A DNA stretch of 64,000 bases from an uncultured Candidatus Saccharimonas sp. (GTDB lineage: Bacteria > Patescibacteriota > Saccharimonadia > Saccharimonadales > AWTP1-31): contig CALRBE010000003.1 of NCBI GenBank assembly GCA_943354005.1, positions 30,153-94,152 on the forward strand. The letters run 5' to 3'. A model generated the notes under the pieces. It ran no database searches and had not been told where the DNA came from. It saw nothing but the letters and a program-made list of their open reading frames with translations. Made by a program: the position numbers and the translations under genes. Shown here piece after piece: positions 48,712-56,673 of this stretch. Position 1 is the first letter of the stretch, and every line of letters starts with the position of its first letter.

Positions 48712-49329
48712 TTGTTTGATATAGTTATAACCATGAATATAGAAGAACAACAGCTATTAGATAAGTTAAGGTTGGCAGTAAAAGAGCGTTCCGACGATGA
48801 TAATTTCGTTCATCATAAATGGTTTATAAAATACCACTTGGAAATAGTAGAAAACATTGCCACCGAACTTTGTGAGAAATATTTGGATGCCAATAGATTC
48901 AAAGTATTGGTATTGACGTGGTTGCATGACTACGAAAAGATTATAGACTTTGACAACCAATATAATACAGAGCTTGAAGCGACTAAAGATCTTATGCGAA
49001 TGATTGGATTTAAGTCTGATTTTATTGAAGAAATAGCTATTGATCTCAATACGTATAATGCTAAAGAAAATCTACAAGTCGCATCGATAGAAATCCAAAT
49101 CGTTTCCTCGTCTGATGCTGCATCACATTCTGTCGGGCCGTTCGTGTGCCTTTATTGGTATGAAAATCCAACGCTTAGTGTTGATGAGCTTATGGCAGCC
49201 AACATTCGAAAAATTTCAGTTGATTGGGAAAAGAAAATTACGCTACCTGAAGTAAAAGAAGCGTTTGCAAAATACCGTGCCTTTAATTTGCAAGTTGCTG
49301 GTCAGCTTCCAGAAAAATACCTTATTTAA
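48712..49329 (+). CDS. HD-domain phosphohydrolase-like protein
   Basis: FVHHKW...H...LTWLHDYEKI fits an H...HD pattern. Confidence 0.4.
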   Translation: MFDIVITMNIEEQQLLDKLRLAVKERSDDDNFVHHKWFIKYHLEIVENIATELCEKYLDANRFKVLVLTWLHDYEKIIDFDNQYNTELEATKDLMRMIGFKSDFIEEIAIDLNTYNAKENLQVASIEIQIVSSSDAASHSVGPFVCLYWYENPTLSVDELMAANIRKISVDWEKKITLPEVKEAFAKYRAFNLQVAGQLPEKYLI

Positions 49330-49332
49330 TAT

Positions 49333-49479
49333 TCAAACAGCCAAAACATCCATAATTGTTTGTAGCTTTTGTTTATCAAAGTCTATACTTGCAGTTCGCA
49401 ACTCGTCAATAACTTTAGCGACTTTCTCGATAACCCAGATTTTTGTGTGAATATCGCCAACTGCCAATACTTTTCCCAT
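49333..49479 (-). CDS. small ORF (48 aa) with strong RBS; N-terminal segment duplicated as a remnant at 53425-53475
   Basis: Minus-strand ATG at 49479 is preceded by TAGGAGA. Protein is MGKVLAVGDIHTKIWVIEKVAKVIDELRTASIDFDKQKLQTIMDVLAV. Segment TKIWVIEKVAKVIDE recurs as TKTWIIDKVAKLIKD (no start codon) at 53425-53475. Confidence 0.3.
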   Translation of the reverse strand: MGKVLAVGDIHTKIWVIEKVAKVIDELRTASIDFDKQKLQTIMDVLAV

Positions 49480-49513
49480 ATCTTCAGTATCTCCTATAAA
49501 AGTTTAGCTATAC

Positions 49514-49711
49514 TTACCGAGTAATCTTTCGTATACGCTCTCGTATCGACTCTTGATACAGGACAGGATTTTGCATTTGGTGATATGCGCGAACGGCGAT
49601 AACCTCAAAACGATCATCATCAACGAGATAAATAACTGCGACTTTATGATTTTTCTTCTTAATCTTACGCACATCTGGGTCATCCTTAAACACAGAGTTA
49701 GATCGTGGCAA
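49514..49711 (-). pseudogene. RelE/ParE-family toxin C-terminal fragment (probable remnant)
   Basis: HKVAVIYLVDDDRFEVIAVRAYHQ matches the RelE/ParE core (xRIIYxVDDExxxVxILRIxHR). The ORF is only 65 aa and lacks the N-terminal half. No antitoxin lies upstream. Confidence 0.4.
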
Positions 49712-49732
49712 GTTTTGCAGGCTTGCTATAGT

Positions 49733-50482
49733 CTACATATCTGTTTCGTTCAACGCGTCTTGTATAACAACATTAGGGTTGAACTCATAATCTATTCCAC
49801 GGATTAGAACCGCTGGTTTGTTGGTGCCACGTTGCCCCATGATTAATGCAGCTGATGCTGCAACCATGTCGCACAAAGTCTCTTCAGCAACTTGTGTTTT
49901 ACCTTCATCGGATATAGACTCAGTTACTCTAAGTGGAGGTACACCATATACGCCAATTGCTAATTGTGTAGCGCCTTTTTTGTCTTCACGGCCATCACTA
50001 TCAGTAATGATTATGCCCACATTGATTCCTGTAGTTTCTAGGATTCTTTGGCCTATTCGCTTGGCACTTTCATCGGAATTTTCTGGTAACAATATGACAG
50101 TCTCGGCACTCATCTTATCTACGCCCGCGCTAGTAAGTCGCAAGCCGTTAGGCAACCAACCAGCAATATAATTACCCTGAATCTCCAATCTACTTCCATC
50201 AGGCTTACCGGTCTCATCAATCATGAGCTGTAAAGTACGTACGTCTTTACGTGGTACTCGTTCGTGTATTTGTTTAGCAATTTCTCCCGCATCAACATCT
50301 ACCAAATTAATTTGTCTTTGCTCAGCAATTGACACTGCTTTTGAGGCAACACAAATGATGTCATTTTCTTCCAATATAATGCCGGCTGATTTAATTGCAG
50401 TTAAGAGGATGTCTCCGATTTCTTGTCCAGACTCAATGTAGGGTATGTTTGGTAATGTTTCTACGGTTATACGGTCGCTCAT
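49733..50482 (-). CDS. CofE-family gamma-glutamyl ligase-like protein (F420-0:L-glutamate ligase homolog)
   Basis: Co-linear with CofE: LPENSDESAKRIGQRILETTGINVGIIITDSDGR and KPAVLIRGI match the family blocks LPENPDESA...GVIITDTNGR...PAVVVRG. Confidence 0.75.
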   Translation of the reverse strand: MSDRITVETLPNIPYIESGQEIGDILLTAIKSAGIILEENDIICVASKAVSIAEQRQINLVDVDAGEIAKQIHERVPRKDVRTLQLMIDETGKPDGSRLEIQGNYIAGWLPNGLRLTSAGVDKMSAETVILLPENSDESAKRIGQRILETTGINVGIIITDSDGREDKKGATQLAIGVYGVPPLRVTESISDEGKTQVAEETLCDMVAASAALIMGQRGTNKPAVLIRGIDYEFNPNVVIQDALNETDM

Positions 50483-50712
50483 AAGTTAACTCCTTGTTTA
50501 CTTAATAATAGTCGAGTTCTCATGATTGCGCGAGAGGACATCTTGAACTTATTATCTTTAGCATAAGTTTCAACCGTGACTAATGAATCGTTTTGGAAGT
50601 ATTTAAAAATCCTGTTGAGGATAGTATCGTAACCTACTTCTCCTTCTGTTACAGGTACGTATTCCTTTTGTCCGTTTGAGAATACATAGTGTTTTTTTGA
50701 TATACTTAACTT

Positions 50713-51255
50713 ATGAAAATATACTTTATAACTGGAAATGCCAGAAAAGTTGGCGAGGCGAAGCTTGCTTGTGAGCTCGCAGGAATAGAAATAGTTCAAC
50801 AGCAAGTAGAAATTGATGAAATCCAATCGACAGTTCCTCACGCTATATCTATTGATAAAGCCGAGAAAGCATACAATTTAATCAAGAAACCTCTGGTTGT
50901 AACGGACACCTTTTGGAGAATACCGGCACTTAATGGTTTCCCCGGAGCATACATGAAAGATATCGCTAACTGGTTTAGTAGTGAAGATTTCCTTTCACTT
51001 ATGGAAATGAAAGAAAACAGACAGATATTCTTTAGTGAGAATATTACTTATAAAGATACTGAAACCATTAAGCAATTCTCGCAGGAATATGAGGGAATTA
51101 TTGTCACAGAGCCTAGAGGAACGGGAAATAGTATAGAAAATGTTGCCCAATTCGAAGGATTCACCCTGGGTGAGAGACGTGAACAAGGTGGATACAGCCA
51201 TAAGCCTGAAGATTATGTTTGGAATGATTTCGTAAAATGGATTAACAAAAAGTAA
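50713..51255 (+). CDS. Ham1/ITPase-family NTP pyrophosphatase, divergent paralog B
   Basis: MKIYFITGNARK, TDTFWRIPALNGFPGAYMK and EPRGTGNS match the ITPase core. It shares the ALNGFPG(P/A)(F/Y)(V/M)K variant with paralog A. Confidence 0.65.
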   Translation: MKIYFITGNARKVGEAKLACELAGIEIVQQQVEIDEIQSTVPHAISIDKAEKAYNLIKKPLVVTDTFWRIPALNGFPGAYMKDIANWFSSEDFLSLMEMKENRQIFFSENITYKDTETIKQFSQEYEGIIVTEPRGTGNSIENVAQFEGFTLGERREQGGYSHKPEDYVWNDFVKWINKK

Positions 51256-51410
51256 TCGAATCAGTTCAAGCTATATTTTCTTAATTTAAAGCAATCTATT
51301 TTATCAATCTCATAGATTACAGTTCACAATGTTTTGCTAACGCGAGATAAGGCTAGAACTAAGATTAACAGAGTAGAAATACCTCAGTTTTTTTGGGTTA
51401 TACTGTAGAT

Positions 51411-52151
51411 ATGAAACTATACCTATCATCCTATCGTCTAGGGAACTTCAGTGAAGAACTTATTAAGCTAGTTGGTATACCGCAGGCAAAAGTTGCCATC
51501 ATATCTAACGCCGTTGATTGGTCTACGGATACTAAGAGAATCGAGGAAAGCATTAATAGTGAATTCAAAGATATGAAAAGTCTTGGATTTAAACCGACCC
51601 TACTGGACCTAAGAGATTATTTTGATAAACCTGGTCTTACAGAATATCTCAGCGGATTTGATATGGTCTGGGTAAGGGGCGGTAATGCATTTATCTTAGT
51701 TAAGGCGATGAAGCAAAGCGGATTTGATGATGTTATAGAGAAGCTTATAAAACCTGGAAAGTTAGTATACGCAGGTTATAGTGCTGCCTTTTGTGCAGTC
51801 AGTCCGTCTCTGAGAGGCGTCGAGTTAGTTGATGATGTAAATGCTAAAGCTAAGGGTTATAAAGATTTTGATGTCTGGGAAGGTTACGGCCTAATAGACT
51901 TTTATCCAATCGTCCACTTTAGATCAGATCACCCTGAGTCCGCAGACGTCGAAAAAGTATATGATTACGTTAAGGGTAAGGGTATGAAGCTTAAGACGTT
52001 TAGTGACGGTGATGCTTACATCGTTAATGGGGATTCTGAAAAAGTATTTTCCCGAAATATACCTCACACTTCCATCTCTACAGAGAGCCAAGCTAAAATA
52101 CTATGGGCGTTAGTAGTTATAGCCTCCTCAATCGTGGCGAGCCAGGCATAA
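51411..52151 (+). CDS. peptidase S51 family (PepE/cyanophycinase-like, class I glutamine amidotransferase fold)
   Basis: VWVRGGNAFIL...AGYSAAFCA matches the S51 GGNTF and nucleophile-Ser region. Start chosen at the Met preceding KLYLSSY. Confidence 0.6.
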   Translation: MKLYLSSYRLGNFSEELIKLVGIPQAKVAIISNAVDWSTDTKRIEESINSEFKDMKSLGFKPTLLDLRDYFDKPGLTEYLSGFDMVWVRGGNAFILVKAMKQSGFDDVIEKLIKPGKLVYAGYSAAFCAVSPSLRGVELVDDVNAKAKGYKDFDVWEGYGLIDFYPIVHFRSDHPESADVEKVYDYVKGKGMKLKTFSDGDAYIVNGDSEKVFSRNIPHTSISTESQAKILWALVVIASSIVASQA

Positions 52152-52178
52152 GCACTTTGTGAAAGCAAAGTGTTTTTG
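52152..52178 (+). terminator. rho-independent terminator after S51 peptidase gene
   Basis: GCACTTTG-GAAAG-CAAAGTG hairpin followed by TTTTT. Confidence 0.55.
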
Positions 52179-52197
52179 TTTGTGAGACAATGAATCT

Positions 52198-52569
52198 ATG
52201 CAAGTTTTAGGAATCGCACTATCTTTGTTTCTTCTGTTTTTTGCAGTATTCCAATTACTTTTGGTTATGGGAGCACCTTACGGCGAAGCTGCTTGGGGAG
52301 GACGGCAAGGAAAAATATTGCCTAGAAACTATCGCATCGCAAGTATATTCTCTTGCTTGTTCTTTATCTTTTCTATCCTGGTAGTCCTATCAGCAACAGG
52401 GATAATTGATTTGTTTAGTTCGTCATTTGTAGACGGCTACATGTGGTTTCTTACAGTATATTCAGGTTTGGGAATTATTATGAATGCAATCTCTAGGAGC
52501 AAAATAGAAAGATATTGGGCACCAGTTATAGCTGTGATGTTTATTCTGTGCCTTATGATAGTGCTGTAA
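52198..52569 (+). CDS. small integral membrane protein
   Basis: 123 aa with four hydrophobic helices. Confidence 0.45.
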   Translation: MQVLGIALSLFLLFFAVFQLLLVMGAPYGEAAWGGRQGKILPRNYRIASIFSCLFFIFSILVVLSATGIIDLFSSSFVDGYMWFLTVYSGLGIIMNAISRSKIERYWAPVIAVMFILCLMIVL

Positions 52570-52723
52570 TTATTTAACTGGCATCATGTCCACAACTGCG
52601 AGCCAAGCAGGAATAGACTAAGTCAGAAATGTTATTTCAGTTCTATATTATTTGTATGCCCTGAATAGTACTGAAACTAAATATATTACCTATTTACAGA
52701 TAAAGTACGCTACTATTAGTATT

Positions 52724-53413
52724 ATGAAATCAGTTGGAGTTATTGGCGGTCTAGGACCAGAAACAACCGCAGAGTTTTATCTGGAAGTTATTTTTAACTG
52801 TCAAAAGCAGAACTCTACTCAGCGACCACTGGTTGTAGTGTCTAGTGTTCCGCTATTGTTCGAAATAGAACGAAATCTTATTGAAAGTAATACCGGCAAG
52901 GAACGATATATCCCCTTTTTGACCACTGAAGCGCAGAGACTAGAGAAATCTGGCGTAGACTTTATTGTCATGCCATGCAATTCTCTGCACGTTTTTATTG
53001 ATGACATTCGTAAATCCGTAAATATTCCTGTCTTGAGCATAGTCGAAGAAACCGTAAAGTATCTAAAAGAAAAGGGACTCTCAAAAGTTGGTATAATATC
53101 TACCTCAGCAACAATCGCTAATCAAGTCTATGAATCAAAGCTTTTAGAGGCTGAAATTAAGTTCGTAACACCCGACAATCTACAAAAAGCAAAGATGGAT
53201 AAAATTATTCAACGCTTGATAGAGGGCCAGCACCTAAATAAAGATAGGGAAGCTATTATGGAAATCGCTCACGACCTTGCGACCCAAGGCGTTGACTGCA
53301 TTGCTTTAGCTTGTACTGACTTACAGTTACTATTGCCGAGCAGTGAAGAAGTTCCAGTATTCGATACTATGAAAATTCTTGCCAATGCAACGGTTCGAGA
53401 TATTTTGACCTAA
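52724..53413 (+). CDS. Asp/Glu/hydantoin racemase family protein (aspartate racemase-like)
   Basis: MKSVGVIGGLGPETTAEFY N-terminal motif and a later ...CTDL...-type cysteine region (ALACTDLQLL). Confidence 0.75.
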   Translation: MKSVGVIGGLGPETTAEFYLEVIFNCQKQNSTQRPLVVVSSVPLLFEIERNLIESNTGKERYIPFLTTEAQRLEKSGVDFIVMPCNSLHVFIDDIRKSVNIPVLSIVEETVKYLKEKGLSKVGIISTSATIANQVYESKLLEAEIKFVTPDNLQKAKMDKIIQRLIEGQHLNKDREAIMEIAHDLATQGVDCIALACTDLQLLLPSSEEVPVFDTMKILANATVRDILT

Positions 53414-53526
53414 CATTTGGCAGCCTAATTGTCTTTAATAAGTTTGGCGACTTTATCAATAATCCATGTTTTTGTTATAAACTAACTATGCATGATTAAT
53501 GTATTAAAACGTAAGCAAGAGTAACA

Positions 53527-54018
53527 ATGAACAAAAAAACACTAGTAATCGTAAGTATCGTTGTCGGAATATTTTTAGTTGGTGCAGGCGCATTAGCCTA
53601 TACAAGTGATCAAAATAAGAAAAAAGATGCTGCAAAAGGTGAAATGATGAAAAATGGTGAAGTGGCCATCGTAGAGAATGATGATATGGCCAAAGAAGGC
53701 GATGTCACTATGATCAAAGGCAGCTTTACAGATTATGACGTTGCTAAGTTAGCTAATGCTGAAAAAGGTGATGTTGTCTTATACTTTAGTGCTCCTTGGT
53801 GCCCAACTTGCCAAGAAGCAAACAAAAACTTTAATGCTTCGAGCGCCCCGGATGGCTTAACATTACTCAAAGTAGACTACGACAGCTCAACAGATCTTAA
53901 GAGAAAGTACGGTGTGACCTATCAGCACTCTTTTGTCCAAGTAGACAAAGATGGAAAATTGCTCAAAAAATGGAACGGCTCAAATACCTACGATCAGCTA
54001 AAAGCAGAAATTATATAG
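53527..54018 (+). CDS. membrane-anchored thioredoxin-like protein
   Basis: N-terminal TM helix. WCPTC active site in YFSAPWCPTCQ. Confidence 0.8.
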   Translation: MNKKTLVIVSIVVGIFLVGAGALAYTSDQNKKKDAAKGEMMKNGEVAIVENDDMAKEGDVTMIKGSFTDYDVAKLANAEKGDVVLYFSAPWCPTCQEANKNFNASSAPDGLTLLKVDYDSSTDLKRKYGVTYQHSFVQVDKDGKLLKKWNGSNTYDQLKAEII

Positions 54019-54052
54019 TCGATATAATCAATTTGGGGGGTAAACAAACAAT

Positions 54053-54802
54053 ATGCTACTACTGATAACATCATTCCTAGCTGGTATTCTGACAGTCTTC
54101 GCACCATGTGTCTTGATACTATTGCCAGTCATTGTTGGTAGCTCGCTTGCTACAGATGAGGATGAAGAAATTGATAAGAAAAAGCCCTACATAATTTCTT
54201 TTAGCTTGGGGGTATCTGTTCTATTGTTTACTCTACTGCTAAAAGCGAGCACAGCATTAATAAGTATCGATCCGCAAGTCTGGAAGATAATATCTGGCGG
54301 TATCGTTATTCTGTTAGGTTTAAGTCTGCTATTTCCAATGATGTGGGCCCGATTAAGTGTCATGGTTGGTCTAGAAAAAAAATCAAATACACTTCTTTCG
54401 AAAGCCTCAAAGAAATCTGGTATTGGCGGGTACATCCTCACTGGTGCGGCACTTGGTCCAGTATTTTCAGCCTGTAGCCCAGTCTATTTTTTAATCCTAG
54501 CAACGGTATTACCGGTCAATTTTGGGCTTGGATTAGTATATATGACTCTCTATGCAGCGGGATTAACCTTAGCTTTATTAGCCATTGCTCTAGCGGGTCG
54601 TAGATTAACAAAACGGATGAACTGGAGTGCTAAGCCCAATGGCTGGTTTCGCAGGTCGCTAGCAGTCCTACTTATATTGGTTGGGTTAGCTGTAATTACT
54701 GGCGTCGATAAAACAGTCCAGACTTGGATACTTACTAACTCGCCAATTAACAGCACTCAACTTGAAGAAAAGCTCATACCAAGCAGCGATACAAAACAAT
54801 AA
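54053..54802 (+). CDS. ccdA: CcdA/DsbD-transmembrane-domain family thiol-disulfide transporter
   Basis: Six TM helices. Conserved Cys positioned in TM1 (FAPCVLILLP) and TM4 (FSACSPVYF). Confidence 0.65.
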   Translation: MLLLITSFLAGILTVFAPCVLILLPVIVGSSLATDEDEEIDKKKPYIISFSLGVSVLLFTLLLKASTALISIDPQVWKIISGGIVILLGLSLLFPMMWARLSVMVGLEKKSNTLLSKASKKSGIGGYILTGAALGPVFSACSPVYFLILATVLPVNFGLGLVYMTLYAAGLTLALLAIALAGRRLTKRMNWSAKPNGWFRRSLAVLLILVGLAVITGVDKTVQTWILTNSPINSTQLEEKLIPSSDTKQ

Positions 54803-54886
54803 ATGAGCTGTCGTAAAAAATTATATTGGTAATTATCTGAGCTGAATACTACTAAAATAATATAGAGTGCGATATTATAAACAGTA

Positions 54887-55813
54887 ATGAAGTACGCAAT
54901 AGACGCCCAGAAACTTACTAAAAAGTTTAAAAATAATATAGCAGTTAATGGAATTGATTTAAAAGTTGCAGAGGGCAGTATCTACGGGTTTCTTGGACCA
55001 AATGGTGCCGGTAAATCAACTACAGTTAAGATGCTGATCACTTTGCAGACGCCAACAACAGGTGATGCAAAAATACTAGGAAAAAGCATTACAAAAGATG
55101 CCGACGATGTCCGACTAACTATTGGCGCCGCCCTCCAGGAAGCATCTTTAGATAATATGCAGACCGGTAGAGAGTTATTGCGAACTCAGGGGGCACTATA
55201 CGGATTGAGCTCAGCGGAAATTAATAGCAGAATTTCAGAACTGGAGAGTTTAATAGATATAGGTTCGGCACTTGACGATTTGATCAAGACATACTCAGGA
55301 GGCATGAAGCGACGGGTTGATTTGGCTGCAGCATTAATTCACAACCCTTCAGTGCTATTTTTAGACGAACCTACAAATGGTTTAGATCCTGCAAGTAGAA
55401 ACAAAATTTGGACAGAGATTAAAAAACTAAATTCAGATTTCGGAATGACTATTTTTTTAACTACCCAATACTTAGAAGAAGCCGATGAACTTGCAGATAT
55501 AATCGGAATTATCAATAATGGCAAAATTGTTGCAGAAGATTCACCAGCAAACTTAAAGATGCAAATAGGTAGTGACGTAATAATAATTGAACTAAAATCG
55601 GTGCTTAAGGATGTAAAAAAACTAGAAAAAATTTCTGGTGTTACTTCTGTCAAATCACAAGGTAATTCACTATCGATCTATGCAAAAAATGGTGGTGCCG
55701 TTATTTCTAGCGTTGTCAGTACCTTGCATGATTTGAATGCAACTATAGTGAACGTAGAAATCAGAAAACCAACACTTGATGATGTATTTTTGAAGGTCAC
55801 AGGGGAGGCATAA
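54887..55813 (+). CDS. ABC transporter ATP-binding protein
   Basis: Walker A GPNGAGKST, signature YSGGMKRR, Walker B LFLDEPT. Confidence 0.85.
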   Translation: MKYAIDAQKLTKKFKNNIAVNGIDLKVAEGSIYGFLGPNGAGKSTTVKMLITLQTPTTGDAKILGKSITKDADDVRLTIGAALQEASLDNMQTGRELLRTQGALYGLSSAEINSRISELESLIDIGSALDDLIKTYSGGMKRRVDLAAALIHNPSVLFLDEPTNGLDPASRNKIWTEIKKLNSDFGMTIFLTTQYLEEADELADIIGIINNGKIVAEDSPANLKMQIGSDVIIIELKSVLKDVKKLEKISGVTSVKSQGNSLSIYAKNGGAVISSVVSTLHDLNATIVNVEIRKPTLDDVFLKVTGEA

Positions 55814-55818
55814 GTAAC

Positions 55819-56607
55819 ATGAAAGATACACATATTACTGCATCATCGGCTAGTTTTTTTAAAGACTTAAAAACAGTAGCAAAGCGTGCGATTCGACTTG
55901 CGGGTCGCGAACCAGAAACACTAATACCGGCTATTATAATTCCATTGTTTTTCTTTATAGTTAATGTTGGAGCACTCAGTGATATATCTAATTTTGCAGG
56001 AGTAGACGACTACAAAGCATTCCAGTTACCAGTAGCGATTGTATTCGCTGTAACAGGCATTTCTAGAGCATCATCCTTAGTTTCAGATATCCAGAGTGGC
56101 TACTTTGACCGCCTTTTAATTTCTCCTGTCAGTAGACATGCACTCTTACTCGGCCTAATGGTTGCTGACATGTTGGTCGTGATTCTTCTAAGTATACCGG
56201 TAATAATACTTGGACTAGTCTTAGGTGTCAGTTTTGCATCTGGTGTACTAGGTATGCTGGTGTTTATATTACTTGCTGCTCTTTGGGGATTAGCGTTCAC
56301 TGGATTCCCATATGCTATCGCACTTAAAACGGGAAACCCTGGAGCCGTTAACTCGTCGTTTCTATTATTCTTTCCATTTGCGTTTTTGACCACAACATTC
56401 TTACCTAAAGAAGCCTTGACTGGTTGGCTTGCAACTGTTGCTACTTATAATCCAGTTACATACCTTTTAGAGGGATTACGTTCGCTTACGACTACCGGAT
56501 GGGTATTAGAAGACCTACTGCCAGCTATAGCTGCTATAGCTGCTGTTGGCTTATTGTCTCAGATACTTGCATTCAAAACCTTAAAAAGCCGTACCGCACG
56601 CAAGTAA
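55819..56607 (+). CDS. ABC-2 type transporter permease
   Basis: 262 aa with six TM helices. Directly downstream of the ABC ATPase. Confidence 0.7.
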   Translation: MKDTHITASSASFFKDLKTVAKRAIRLAGREPETLIPAIIIPLFFFIVNVGALSDISNFAGVDDYKAFQLPVAIVFAVTGISRASSLVSDIQSGYFDRLLISPVSRHALLLGLMVADMLVVILLSIPVIILGLVLGVSFASGVLGMLVFILLAALWGLAFTGFPYAIALKTGNPGAVNSSFLLFFPFAFLTTTFLPKEALTGWLATVATYNPVTYLLEGLRSLTTTGWVLEDLLPAIAAIAAVGLLSQILAFKTLKSRTARK

Positions 56608-56673
56608 AGATTGACCGCGTGAATATAATCACAAGGTTAAACATTATGTTGAAAAGCATGTATTATTAGATTA

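Noticed and set aside
50479-50841. 120-aa minus-strand ORF immediately downstream of the CofE-like gene
   Set aside because: Its first ~43 codons overlap the start of the well-supported Ham1 paralog B on the other strand. No recognisable motif. At most a shorter product from an internal non-ATG start could be real, which cannot be resolved by eye.
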